Part shown: positions 17,471 to 26,873 of the stretch, in pieces
Numbering within the stretch: position 1 is the stretch's first letter
Layout: the number at the start of each line of letters is the position of its first letter
Source: a virus
Taxonomy: Duplodnaviria > Caudoviricetes
Direction: 5' to 3' (one strand)
IMG/VR virus record: IMGVR_UViG_3300026848_000013
Span: 1 to 37,563 of that record
DNA length: 37,563 nucleotides
Translations under genes and position numbers: made by a program
The notes under the pieces: model-generated
Told to the model about the DNA's origin: nothing
Seen by the model: the letters and a program-made list of their open reading frames with translations, nothing else
Databases searched by the model: none

Positions 17471-17565
17471 CGGTTGCCGCCCCTTACGCTACATGGGCAT
17501 TGCTGTACTGGCCGGATCGGCAAGCACTCTGGGCCAGCGAATTTCACCAGAATTTGCAGCAACCG
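17471..17565 (+). ncRNA. Candidate multi-stem RNA immediately downstream of MuF
   Basis: Closing stem CGGTTGC/GCAACCG enclosing GCCC/GGGC, CTGGCC/GGCCAG and a weak GAATTT/GAATTT hairpin. Confidence 0.4.
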
Positions 17566-17806
17566 CTGGATTGATCCTAGCACTTCCGATCTCAAAAATG
17601 AAGAGGATCGATTTAAAGCCGCCTGAAAAGCCCGCAAGGCAATCATGGGCGGTTGTCGCAATATCTCCCGCCAATTGCCGTTAGACCCCCGTTAGAACCG
17701 CGACAATCGGTATTTGATATTGCTGCATTACCCGTATCTGGCTTGACGCACCCCCTGAAATAATTCACGCTGCCACCACTTCACATCGCGAAAAACCGCT
17801 GTTTCC

Positions 17807-17823
17807 CTGAAGTTTTCAGCTAA
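17807..17823 (+). promoter_or_regulatory. Putative late-activator site, copy 2 (CTGAA-N3-TTCAG)
   Basis: CTGAAGTTTTCAGCTAA upstream of the protease gene, at the Mu PI position. Confidence 0.55.
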
Positions 17824-17876
17824 TCTCCCCGCTTTCAAGTCTTCATGATGCCCTTCGTCAATGTACGGAGAGCGAC

Positions 17877-18977
17877 GTGAAGCGTATTCATATTTTCAAG
17901 ACCGGCACCCATACCGACATGCGCGGTAAAGAAGTGACGTTCGGCGAAGCAGACGGCACCGATTGCGCATCGGTTTACGACCCGAAGCTGCACGAAAGCC
18001 CGCTGGTCATCGGTCATCCGCACCATAACCTTCCTGCCTATGGTTGGGTTAGGGGGCTTGAATTTGCGGACGGCGAACTGTTCGCCATTCCCGATCAGGT
18101 CAATCCCGAATTCGCCGAAATGGTTGCAAGCGGTGCATTCAAGAAAATCTCCCCGTCCTTCTATTTGCCCGATGCCCCCAACAACCCGACGCCAGGACAT
18201 TACTACTTGCGTCATGTCGGGTTCCTTGGCGCGCAACCGCCTGCCGTCAAAGGTCTGAAACCAATCGAATTCGCCGATGGTGAAGAAGAAGGCGTTGTTA
18301 CCCTTGAATTTGGTGACGTTGAACCACGTTCCATCGTCCGCCTGTTTCGCAGTCTTCGCGACCTTCTGATTGCACAGTTCGGCCAGGAAGAGGCCGACAA
18401 GGCATTGCCTGGTTACGAACTGGACTGGATGGCCGAACAGGCCGCTCAACCAGACCCGGAACCCGAAACACCCACCGCACCGGCCTTTTCCGAGGTGCCG
18501 GAGCCTTCCCCTGCGTCCACACCTCAAAAGGAGAACAAGGTGACAGACGAAGAACTCAAACAGCGCGAAGCGGAAATCGCCAAGCGCGAAGCTGCTTTTG
18601 CCGAAAAGCAGGCAGAAGGCGAAGCTGTTGATTTCGCTGACGGCCTGATCAAGGACGGCAAGCTGGCACCGGCAAACAAGGACAAGGTTGTGTCCCTGTA
18701 TGCCCACCTGACCGTCCAGGGCAGCAAGGATGAAATCAGCTTTGGCGAAGCCCCGGCTGCATCCCCGGTCGAAATGCTCAAGGGCATTCTTCAGGCCGCG
18801 CCCAAGGTCGTCGATTTTTCAGAACATTCTGCCGGGAACTCCGGCGATGAACCGGCAGATTTCGCCGACCCGTCAGAACTGGCCACTGCCGCCCGTGCAA
18901 TGGTCGCCGAGCAGTCTGCGAAGGGCGTCACCATGAGCTATGCCCAGGCCGTCCGCAAACTCCAGAAAGGAGCCTGA
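17877..18977 (+). CDS. Head maturation protease/scaffold (Mu gpI-like)
   Basis: PLVIGHP, PAYGWV, KKISPSFY, YLRHVGFLGAQPPAVKGL; GTG start with GGAG RBS. Confidence 0.9.
   Translation: MKRIHIFKTGTHTDMRGKEVTFGEADGTDCASVYDPKLHESPLVIGHPHHNLPAYGWVRGLEFADGELFAIPDQVNPEFAEMVASGAFKKISPSFYLPDAPNNPTPGHYYLRHVGFLGAQPPAVKGLKPIEFADGEEEGVVTLEFGDVEPRSIVRLFRSLRDLLIAQFGQEEADKALPGYELDWMAEQAAQPDPEPETPTAPAFSEVPEPSPASTPQKENKVTDEELKQREAEIAKREAAFAEKQAEGEAVDFADGLIKDGKLAPANKDKVVSLYAHLTVQGSKDEISFGEAPAASPVEMLKGILQAAPKVVDFSEHSAGNSGDEPADFADPSELATAARAMVAEQSAKGVTMSYAQAVRKLQKGA
18540..18977 (+). CDS. Probable internal in-frame scaffold protein (Mu gpZ-like)
   Basis: AAGGAG at 18528-18533 before in-frame GTG18540, after a Pro-rich linker. 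Confidence 0.55.
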   Translation: MTDEELKQREAEIAKREAAFAEKQAEGEAVDFADGLIKDGKLAPANKDKVVSLYAHLTVQGSKDEISFGEAPAASPVEMLKGILQAAPKVVDFSEHSAGNSGDEPADFADPSELATAARAMVAEQSAKGVTMSYAQAVRKLQKGA

Positions 18978-18980
18978 CCA

Positions 18981-19355
18981 ATGGACCTCGGTCTTATCAA
19001 GAATTTCACCAGTGCGGCGGCGATTGCCAAATACCGCCTTGTGGCTGCTGATGCGACCAGCGGCATTGTCAAACAGGCATCAAGCGCGACCGACGCGATT
19101 ATCGGCTGCACCGGTCCTGCCGGTGTTGATGCAGCCGACAAACGCATTGATGTCTGCATGGATGACATCCGCGATGTCGAATTTGGCGGAACCATTGCCT
19201 TTGGCGATCCGCTGACCAGCGATGCAGAGGGCCGCGCCATCAAGGCCGAACCCGCCGCCGGATCAAATGTCCGCATTGCCGGTTACGCGATGGAAGATGG
19301 CGCTGTCGATGTCATCGGTAAAGTTCACATCAACCCGTCAACCCTCCAGGGCTGA
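18981..19355 (+). CDS. Capsid decoration/cement protein (DUF2190-like)
   Basis: GGTIAFGDPLTSDAEGRAI motif; between protease and capsid. Confidence 0.75.
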   Translation: MDLGLIKNFTSAAAIAKYRLVAADATSGIVKQASSATDAIIGCTGPAGVDAADKRIDVCMDDIRDVEFGGTIAFGDPLTSDAEGRAIKAEPAAGSNVRIAGYAMEDGAVDVIGKVHINPSTLQG

Positions 19356-19386
19356 TTGGCCCCCACCTTAACAGGAGTTTCGTTTT

Positions 19387-20313
19387 ATGCCTGGACAGTT
19401 TGAGGTCGATGCGACCCTGACCGCCATTGCGATTGCATACAGCAATCCGACTTACGCCCTGATCGCTGATCAGGTATTGCCCCGCGCCAAAGTTCCGGCC
19501 CGCAAGTTTGGCTGGCAGGAATACGATATCGGCAAAGGTTATGCAGTTCCCGACACCCGTGTCGGACGTCGTTCAGCCCCGAACCGCGTCGAGATCGAAG
19601 GCAAGAAAAAAGATTCGGAAGTCGAAGAATTCGGCATCGACATCCCGCTTGACCTCGCAACCATCGAAGAAGCGGAAAAGGCCGGTTACAACCCGCGTGA
19701 CCGTGCAACCGAGCGTGCAACCAACATTGTGATGCTTGGTCGTGAAGTCCGCGTTGCGGGCCTGATTTCCGATCCGGCCAACTATCCGGTTGAACTGGTC
19801 AAAGCCCTTTCGGGTGCTTCGATGTTCACCGACCCGACCTCTGACCCGATCAAGGAAGTGTCCGATTTCCTTGACGCCTGCCTGGTACGCCCGAACCAGC
19901 TTACCATTGGCCAGGTGGCATGGTCAGCGCTTCGCCAGCACCCGAAAATCGTCAAGGCCACCAACCGCAATTCTGGCGATGCCGGTGCAGCGGCCAAGGA
20001 AGCAGTCGCCGAGCTGTTCGAGGTGCAGAAAATCCTTGTCGGTGCATCCCGCGTCAACACCACCAAACCGGGTACGACCCCGGTCCTTGAACGCGCTTGG
20101 GGCAGCATCATTGCCGGTCAGTTCATCGACGAAAGTGCCGATACCACAGGTGGGATCACTTTTGGTCTCACCGCCGAATACGGCACCAAAGTTGCGGGAA
20201 CCATTCAGGCGGAAATGGGTATTCGTGGCGGTGAACTGGTCCGTTCCGGCGAGGAAGTCAAGGAACTGATCGTGGCCAACCACGCCGGTTTCCTTCTTTC
20301 CAACGTGGCTTAA
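19387..20313 (+). CDS. Major capsid protein
   Basis: LTAIAIAYSN..LIADQVLP, REVRVA, LRQHPKI; size and position; AGGAG RBS. Confidence 0.88.
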   Translation: MPGQFEVDATLTAIAIAYSNPTYALIADQVLPRAKVPARKFGWQEYDIGKGYAVPDTRVGRRSAPNRVEIEGKKKDSEVEEFGIDIPLDLATIEEAEKAGYNPRDRATERATNIVMLGREVRVAGLISDPANYPVELVKALSGASMFTDPTSDPIKEVSDFLDACLVRPNQLTIGQVAWSALRQHPKIVKATNRNSGDAGAAAKEAVAELFEVQKILVGASRVNTTKPGTTPVLERAWGSIIAGQFIDESADTTGGITFGLTAEYGTKVAGTIQAEMGIRGGELVRSGEEVKELIVANHAGFLLSNVA

Positions 20314-20340
20314 CCCTATCGGCGAAAAGGACACAGGACC

Positions 20341-20715
20341 ATGAAAACCTATCCCGTACTGATTGCCGTTGACCATGACGGCAAGAAATACAAGCCCGGC
20401 GGCTCGGTCGATTTGACCGACGAACAGGCAGCACCGCTGCTCCGTACCGGGTTTCTCGGCGAACCGGCTGGCGATGCCGCTGTCCAGGATAACGGATCGA
20501 CGGAACAGGACAACAGCGGAGCCATGACCAGTGCCGAAAGCGAACTTGATCGCCTGGTTGCCGCGATTGGCTCCATCGACAAGGACAACAAAGAACTCTG
20601 GACGGGCTCCGGCAAGCCGAAAACCGAGGCATTCGACGCAATCGAAACCATCGATTTCCCGGTATCCGCCGCCCTTCGTGACAAGGCCTGGGATCAGTTC
20701 AACGCCCAAGCATAA
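20341..20715 (+). CDS. Small head-associated protein
   Basis: HDGKKYKPGGSVDL and WTGSGKP..VSAALRDKAW motifs; follows capsid. Confidence 0.65.
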   Translation: MKTYPVLIAVDHDGKKYKPGGSVDLTDEQAAPLLRTGFLGEPAGDAAVQDNGSTEQDNSGAMTSAESELDRLVAAIGSIDKDNKELWTGSGKPKTEAFDAIETIDFPVSAALRDKAWDQFNAQA

Positions 20716-20733
20716 ACTCGGAACTGATCCCGT

Positions 20734-20778
20734 CTGCCGACCGGTACTCTCCGCACCCTCAACGCTGCCGGTCGGCAG
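20734..20778. repeat. 13-bp hairpin after the head operon
   Basis: CTGCCGACCGGTA / TGCCGGTCGGCAG (one G-T). Confidence 0.75.
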
Positions 20779-20808
20779 CACCCTTCTTGTAATCCAAGGT
20801 GATTTGAC

Positions 20809-21210
20809 ATGGCATATGCAACCGCAACCGACATGCAGACGCGCTTTCCTTTGAACGAACTGCTTGATCTGACCAATCAGAACGATCAGAGCGCAGAAAC
20901 GATCAATGAAGACGCAATGTCGGTTGCGCTTGACGATGCCAGTGCGGCCATTGACACGGTTCTTTCGTCCCGCATGAAAACACCTCTTTCTCCCGCGCCG
21001 TCCGTTCTGGTTTCGGTGTGCTGCGATATTGCGCGTTACCGCCTCTATTCCGGTCGTGCGAGCGAGGAAGTCGAGAAGCGTTACGACAACGCCATCAAGC
21101 TGCTCAAATCCATTGCAGCAGGCGATATTGATCTGGGCAGCAACCAGTCATCCCGACCTGCGGTCTATTACAAACCGGAATCGGTTTTTGACGGAAAGGA
21201 CATGCTCTGA
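20809..21210 (+). CDS. Head-tail adaptor (DUF1320, Mu gp36)
   Basis: MAYAT, CDIARYRLY, RYDNAIKLLKSIAAG. Confidence 0.9.
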   Translation: MAYATATDMQTRFPLNELLDLTNQNDQSAETINEDAMSVALDDASAAIDTVLSSRMKTPLSPAPSVLVSVCCDIARYRLYSGRASEEVEKRYDNAIKLLKSIAAGDIDLGSNQSSRPAVYYKPESVFDGKDML

Positions 21211-21701
21211 TGTCTGTTTCGATCAAGGCCGATTATCGGGACTTCGGGCGCATGGGCGGCAAGGTGATGAACTTCCTTGCAACCCTGTCTGATACCCGCC
21301 CGCTGCTTGAAGATATCGGCGATGTGTTGTTGCTCAACATTGATCGCCGGTTTGATGACGGCAAGGGACCAGATGGCACGCCCTGGCAAAAGGCAAATCG
21401 TGGCGGTCAAACACTGGTTGATACCGCCCGGTTGAGGAACTCGTTCGACAAACGGGTTTCGGATCGTACCGTCTCTGCCGGCACAAATGTCATCTATGCC
21501 CGCATTCACCAGTTCGGTGGAACCATCAAGCCGAAACGCGCCAAGGTTCTGGCCTTCAATATCGGTGGCGAAGCAATCTTTGCCAAGCAGGTAACAATCC
21601 CTGCCCGTCCTTTCCTTGGCATCGGAGACGAAGATACCAAGGGCATTCGCGGCGCAATCGCCGATTTCGTGCGCACTGCCCATCGGGAGGCGCACCCATG
21701 A
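21210..21701 (+). CDS. Virion morphogenesis protein (Mu gpG-like)
   Basis: LVDTARLRNS, GTNVIYARIHQFGG, IPARPFLG. Confidence 0.9.
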   Translation: MSVSIKADYRDFGRMGGKVMNFLATLSDTRPLLEDIGDVLLLNIDRRFDDGKGPDGTPWQKANRGGQTLVDTARLRNSFDKRVSDRTVSAGTNVIYARIHQFGGTIKPKRAKVLAFNIGGEAIFAKQVTIPARPFLGIGDEDTKGIRGAIADFVRTAHREAHP

Positions 21702-22276
21702 TTGGTGAACTTGAAAAGTTCCTGAAGGAAACCCTGATTGCACAGCGCGATCAGCGTGACCTCAAGGTCACGATTGATACCTATGGCGGGCAGCTTGACG
21801 AAGACCTGTTGCGCGAGATCGCCCAGAAGGCACCGGCAATCTATGTAACCTTTTCCGGCATGACCAAAGCTGCCCGTCAAACCACACGCGGTCGAATATT
21901 CGATGGCACCTTTGTTCTGATTGCGGCCAGCAAGGCCGTCAATGACGAACATGCACGCGGTGGCGGGCGTGGAGGCCGGATTACAGGTGCGTTTGACCTG
22001 CTGGATTTCGCGCTTTTTGTGACTTCCGGGCTGGATCATGAAACCCTTGAGCGAAAGTTCGAGCCGGAACGCATCACCAACCTGTTTAACGCAAAGGTCG
22101 GGCGCGAATACCTCGCGGTTTATGCCCTGTCGCTTTCCTGCCGGTTCACGGTCTCCCCGGATTGGGGGATTACTGACCTCGATGACCTTGAAACCATCCA
22201 TCACACATCGGCACTCGGCGGCGAAGGCACGCCCGTCATGGAAACCGATCTGCCGCAGACAGAGGAAGAAGCATGA
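21698..22276 (+). CDS. Tail completion protein (DUF1834, Mu gp37-like)
   Basis: YGGQLD..PAIYVTF; position. Confidence 0.75.
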   Translation: MIGELEKFLKETLIAQRDQRDLKVTIDTYGGQLDEDLLREIAQKAPAIYVTFSGMTKAARQTTRGRIFDGTFVLIAASKAVNDEHARGGGRGGRITGAFDLLDFALFVTSGLDHETLERKFEPERITNLFNAKVGREYLAVYALSLSCRFTVSPDWGITDLDDLETIHHTSALGGEGTPVMETDLPQTEEEA

Positions 22277-22470
22277 ACCAGACGATTTACATCAAGCCCG
22301 GCAAAGGCATGACAGTGCCCGATCCGGAAACCGGCAAGCCCATCGGGCCGGAGGGCGCATTCGTGCCCAATAACAGCCTGTATCGTCGCTTTGTCAAACG
22401 GGGCGAAGCCGAAAAAGCCAGCCCGCCGCGTGCCAAAAGCACCCCGGCCCCGGCCAAGTCAAAGGAGTAA
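22273..22470 (+). CDS. DUF2635 (Mu gp38-like)
   Basis: IKPGKGMTVPDPETG..EGAFVP; precedes sheath. Confidence 0.85.
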   Translation: MNQTIYIKPGKGMTVPDPETGKPIGPEGAFVPNNSLYRRFVKRGEAEKASPPRAKSTPAPAKSKE

Positions 22471-22476
22471 ACCGCA

Positions 22477-23958
22477 ATGGATCAGATCAGCTTTAATCAG
22501 ATCCCGCTCGATATCTTTCGTCCGGGCTATTACATGGAAATCGATCCGACCCTTGCCTTTAACGGTCTGCCTGTTTTCAAGCAGCGCACTGTGATGTTCG
22601 GGCAGCTTGGCACTCTGCCATGCGCGGTGCCGGGCGAGATTTACAACGTCATCACTGAGGCCGAAGCCAAGGTCTTGTTTGGCCAGGATTCCATGCTCGT
22701 CGGCATGGTCAAGGCGTTCCGCCTGATCAACCCGTACCAGGAACTTATTGTTATCCCGGTTGCTGAAAACGTGGCGGGCACGGTGGCAAGCTGTGCGCGC
22801 ACCTTTACCGGTAGCGCCACCCGTGGCTCAACCCAGCAATTCTACATCAACGACAAACGCTATCAGCTCGGCATTACGGCCTCGGAAACGGCGGAAAGCG
22901 TTGTTGGTCGTCTGGTCACGCTGATCAATAACGACCCATCGTCGCCGGTCATTGCGACCAACGACGGTGCGGCGCTGACCCTCACATGTAAATGGAAAGG
23001 GGAAACTGGTAACGATATCATTTTCCTGACCCGCTATTACAACACCGATCAGAATACGCCTGGTCTGGGCTTTGGGACTGGCGCTTTCACGGGTGGTGCA
23101 GGCAACCCTGACCTGACGGATGCCATCGACGCCCTTGATGACATGACGCAGTATCAGGGCTTTGTCACCCCGTTCATTGATGAACCGAACATGCTGGCCT
23201 TGCGCTCCGAACTTGATACGCGCTGGGGGCCACTCTCGGCCCTTGATGGTCGTGTCTTTGCCGCCAAGCGCGGCGGTGTTGCTGCTATGGGCACCTATGC
23301 CGGTCTGCTGAACAGTCATCACATCCCGGTGATGGACACCACAAGCGACGCCCCGACCGCCCCGTGGGATTGGGCTGCGTCCACGGCTGCAATCGTTTCT
23401 TATTACGGCTCCATTGACCCGGCCCGCCCGTTCCAGACCCTCGAAATGAAAGGCGTCATGGGCGCACCGGAAGGCAAACGCCGCACATCTGCGGAAAACG
23501 AACTGCTTCTGTCAAACGGGATTTCGACCCACGCGGTTGGCAATGACGGCAAGGTCTATGTTGAGCGCCTGGTCACGACCTATACCCAGAACGCCAACGG
23601 GGCCGAGGACACGGCTTACAAGTCACTCAATACCGTAATGATCATGTCCTATTACCGGCGCTCGGTGACGAACCGGTACAAGCTGAAATATCCCCGCCAC
23701 AAGCTGGCTCTATCCGGTCATCCGGCTGCTGGCCGGGCCTCAAACATCATCACACCGGAAACCGCAATTGCGGAGTTTTTGGCCCATTACAAGCTGATGA
23801 TGGACGCCGGGATTATGGATGATTTCGAAGGCTACAAGGCCGACATCCTGTCCGACAAAAACAGCCAGAAGCGCGGGCGTCTTGATGTCTTCGATCAGCC
23901 ACGCCCGATTGACCAGTTCCATCAGCTTGCGGTGCGCTCTGCGTTCCGCCTGATCTAA
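22477..23958 (+). CDS. Tail sheath protein (Mu gpL)
   Basis: ISFNQIP..PGYYMEID, DPARPFQTL, KYPRHKLA. Confidence 0.95.
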   Translation: MDQISFNQIPLDIFRPGYYMEIDPTLAFNGLPVFKQRTVMFGQLGTLPCAVPGEIYNVITEAEAKVLFGQDSMLVGMVKAFRLINPYQELIVIPVAENVAGTVASCARTFTGSATRGSTQQFYINDKRYQLGITASETAESVVGRLVTLINNDPSSPVIATNDGAALTLTCKWKGETGNDIIFLTRYYNTDQNTPGLGFGTGAFTGGAGNPDLTDAIDALDDMTQYQGFVTPFIDEPNMLALRSELDTRWGPLSALDGRVFAAKRGGVAAMGTYAGLLNSHHIPVMDTTSDAPTAPWDWAASTAAIVSYYGSIDPARPFQTLEMKGVMGAPEGKRRTSAENELLLSNGISTHAVGNDGKVYVERLVTTYTQNANGAEDTAYKSLNTVMIMSYYRRSVTNRYKLKYPRHKLALSGHPAAGRASNIITPETAIAEFLAHYKLMMDAGIMDDFEGYKADILSDKNSQKRGRLDVFDQPRPIDQFHQLAVRSAFRLI

Positions 23959-23971
23959 GGAGGCCCAAAGA

Positions 23972-24340
23972 ATGTCCGATATTTTCGGCACTGCCATCAT
24001 CACAGTTGATGGGTACGAGCTGCAATCAATTGAAGGCAGCGCAACTTTGCGCAAAGGCCTATCAGTCGGGAAAGTTCGCAAAGGTCCGCGTGGGTATGCG
24101 GGAACAAGCGTCGTACCAAACACATCTGAACTGACGTGTGACGTTTTGCCGCGTAGTGATTTTGACGTGGAAGAGCGCCTTGCAAATGGCAAGGAAACCA
24201 CCGTGCGGTTCGAAGATGAAAACTCCGGTCAGGGCTGGATTATCCCAATCATGGTAATGACCGAGGACCCCGAGCTTACTGACGGTCCTGACGCAAAATA
24301 CTCGCTCACTCTTGCGGGTTCCAAAGCGGAGAAAGTCTGA
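23972..24340 (+). CDS. Tail tube protein (Mu gpM)
   Basis: GTAIITVDG; size and position after sheath. Confidence 0.8.
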   Translation: MSDIFGTAIITVDGYELQSIEGSATLRKGLSVGKVRKGPRGYAGTSVVPNTSELTCDVLPRSDFDVEERLANGKETTVRFEDENSGQGWIIPIMVMTEDPELTDGPDAKYSLTLAGSKAEKV

Positions 24341-24741
24341 TGGACGCACTTCCTCTTAACGACGGTCTCAAGATCGGTGAAACCACCTATAGCCGTCTGA
24401 CGGTCAGCCCGCTGGATGCTGGCGGGGCAATTGATGCGGCTATTGCCGGGGAAAAAGTCCGGTTTGGCCCGAATGGCGAACCTGTAATCGTCACAAGCCC
24501 GACCGTAGTCTCGACCGAGCGATTGCGCCGCCAGGTCACACGGCTTGAAAGCAAGGACGGACAAACCATGCAAGGTCCAATTTCGGTTGGCGATCTTCGA
24601 CGTATGTCTGAACGCGATTATCGCGCCTTGGTGGGGTACGCAGATCAAGTCGATAGCGCCTATCTTGCCCGCGAAGGTGACAACACGGCAAAGCGAGAAG
24701 AAACCGGTGCCGGAGACAATCCTGACGGCACTGGTGCTTGA
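24340..24741 (+). CDS. Tail assembly chaperone (Mu gp41-like)
   Basis: LNDGLKIG, LRRQV, LRRMSERDY; between tube and tape measure. Confidence 0.8.
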   Translation: MDALPLNDGLKIGETTYSRLTVSPLDAGGAIDAAIAGEKVRFGPNGEPVIVTSPTVVSTERLRRQVTRLESKDGQTMQGPISVGDLRRMSERDYRALVGYADQVDSAYLAREGDNTAKREETGAGDNPDGTGA

Positions 24742-24805
24742 CCGGACCTGTCCGGGCTTTTTGTCCGGACAGGAAATCATCGGTTCCAGGGCAAGTGTCG
24801 AAGAC

Positions 24806-24922
24806 ATGGTGCTTGCCCTGGCACGAACCACCGGAACCTCACTTGAGGACGTCCGTAAAATGCCACTCTGGCAAGTTCTCCGTTACCTGAAGAAGCTGGC
24901 GAAGCAAACCAAGAATGAATGA
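24806..24922 (+). CDS. Tail chaperone second segment (possibly a frameshift extension)
   Basis: LALARTTGTSLEDVRKMPLWQVLRYL; frame open from at least 24545; no clear RBS. Confidence 0.5.
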   Translation: MVLALARTTGTSLEDVRKMPLWQVLRYLKKLAKQTKNE

Positions 24923-26873
24923 CTTCAACTCACAGGTCAAAGTTGATATGCGCGGCAATCTGGTCGCGGAAGCCAAACGCAACTCGCGTGCGGTTTCCGG
25001 GCTGGTGAGTTCGGCTGCGCGTGACTTTGGTAAACTGGGACAAGCGGCTGGAAGTCTTTCAAACGGGATTGATCGCCTGGGCAACCGCTATACCGGGCTT
25101 GCCACCGGCTTTGCAACCGGTGCGCTGGCTCGTGGTGTGATCAATGTTGATGCGCAGCTCAATCACATTGCCACCCGGATGAAAATGACCGGGGAACAGG
25201 CCGACGATCTTAAACAGAAACTTTACGATGCATCGAACAACGAGGCGATCCGTATGGACGTTTCGCAACTCGTTGACGGCATGACACAGGTTCTGGCCCT
25301 GACAGGTGATCTCGATTTCGCTGTGGCCAACATCGAAAATATTGGCATAGCCGCCCGTTCGTCCGGGTCGGCGGCATCAGACATCGCCAATGTGGTCGCA
25401 AACCTCAAGAAACTGGACATCAACACACCCGAACAAGTTGCCCTTGCCCTTGAAACCCTCATTGCCCAGGGCGATGCGGGCGCGGTTGAATTCAAGGATT
25501 TGGCAGCGGAATTCGGGCCATTGGCCAGCGCAATGGCCGCACTTGGCCAACGCGGCATGGGGGCGGTCAAGTTCCTTGGCGGCTTCATGCAAACGACGCA
25601 GGATACAACCGGCAGCGTTGCCGAAACTGGTACGGCAATCAGTGCCTTTTTGCGCGATATCAGTGCAAAGGGTGCGTTCCTTGAAAAGAACGGCATTACC
25701 GTCTTTGATGGCGACCAGATGCGCGAAGCAGACGCAATTCTGAAAGACATCTTCACCAAAGTATCTGCGGTTCAAAGCAAAACCAAACAGGTTGGTATGC
25801 TGCGTGACATTTTTGGCGATGAAAGCTATCGCGCCATCAGCCAGCTTTGGACCGACTATCAGGCCACCGGCAACTTCACGATGCTTGATCAGATGAAGAA
25901 TGTCGATGTTGGCAACGGTCAGATGAACCAGGACGCGATCAAACAGACACAGACGATGGCTGTTGCGATTGAAACCCTCAATACCGCACTTGCCCGTATG
26001 GCCGATGAAAACCTGTCAGAACCCATTCAAAGCCTTGCCGATGCGATTACCGGGTTGAGCAGCGAAGAGCTGGAAAACATCTTTGATATTGCCGCAAGCG
26101 GCGCAACGGCGGCGGCTGGTATCTGGGCTGTAAACAAAGCGATCCGGGGTACTGCTGCCGGTGTCCGTCTTGTCCAGGGATTGCGCGGGGGTGCCCGTGC
26201 AGGCGGAAAGGCCGCTGGCGCATTGGTCAGCGCCGCTGCGACCCCTGTGATCGTGACCAATTGGCCAACCGGTGGCGGTTATGGATATGGCGCAGATGCA
26301 GGCGGCGGAGGCAATAAAGGAACCAAAGGAAAAGGCCCACGTGTTCGTTCGGGTCGTTTTGGTGGCTTGGTATCGCTTGGCGCAAAGGCATCATCGGCAA
26401 CTGGCCTGACCAGTCTTGGAGCCAAGGCAGGAAAGCTCGTTCGTGGTGTCGGCCCGCTGGCAACCGGTCTGGCTGTTCTGAATATCGGATCGTCCGTCAT
26501 CGATGGCGATGCGCGTGGTGCAGCCGGTGCAACCGGAAGCCTTGGCGGCGCACTGGTCGGGGGTAAACTCGGTGCATTGGGCGGTGCGCTGGTTGGGCCG
26601 ATTGGCTCTGCAATCGGTGGTGTCATCGGCGCAGGCCTTGGGGCCTATTTTGGCGAGGAAGCTATCACCGGCCTTTATGACAAGTTCTTCTCAGGCGACA
26701 ACAACAATCCTGCATCCGGACAAAATAGCGAAGCCCTTGAACGCAATACGTCATCGCAGGAAAGACTTGCAAAAGCCATCGAGGACAATACCCGCGCCCA
26801 GGGCGTGATGGGCCGCCGCCAGCGCCGCGCACAACGCCTTGATATTGGCGCATTAGAGGGAGGTCAGCCGTGA
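24915..26873 (+). CDS. Tape measure protein
   Basis: Ala/Gly-rich helical 652 aa; GAVEFKDLA, TPVIVTNWP, Gly-rich hydrophobic C-terminal part. Confidence 0.92.
   Translation: MNDFNSQVKVDMRGNLVAEAKRNSRAVSGLVSSAARDFGKLGQAAGSLSNGIDRLGNRYTGLATGFATGALARGVINVDAQLNHIATRMKMTGEQADDLKQKLYDASNNEAIRMDVSQLVDGMTQVLALTGDLDFAVANIENIGIAARSSGSAASDIANVVANLKKLDINTPEQVALALETLIAQGDAGAVEFKDLAAEFGPLASAMAALGQRGMGAVKFLGGFMQTTQDTTGSVAETGTAISAFLRDISAKGAFLEKNGITVFDGDQMREADAILKDIFTKVSAVQSKTKQVGMLRDIFGDESYRAISQLWTDYQATGNFTMLDQMKNVDVGNGQMNQDAIKQTQTMAVAIETLNTALARMADENLSEPIQSLADAITGLSSEELENIFDIAASGATAAAGIWAVNKAIRGTAAGVRLVQGLRGGARAGGKAAGALVSAAATPVIVTNWPTGGGYGYGADAGGGGNKGTKGKGPRVRSGRFGGLVSLGAKASSATGLTSLGAKAGKLVRGVGPLATGLAVLNIGSSVIDGDARGAAGATGSLGGALVGGKLGALGGALVGPIGSAIGGVIGAGLGAYFGEEAITGLYDKFFSGDNNNPASGQNSEALERNTSSQERLAKAIEDNTRAQGVMGRRQRRAQRLDIGALEGGQP

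Noticed and set aside
17097-17684. 195-aa ORF as a MuF immunity protein
   Set aside because: Mostly overlaps MuF out of frame, TTG start, no RBS, implausible composition
13207-20781. Long antisense ORFs (13207-14013, 14626-15507, 17835-18707, 19924-20781)
   Set aside because: Shadows of well-supported plus-strand genes in GC-rich DNA; no motifs
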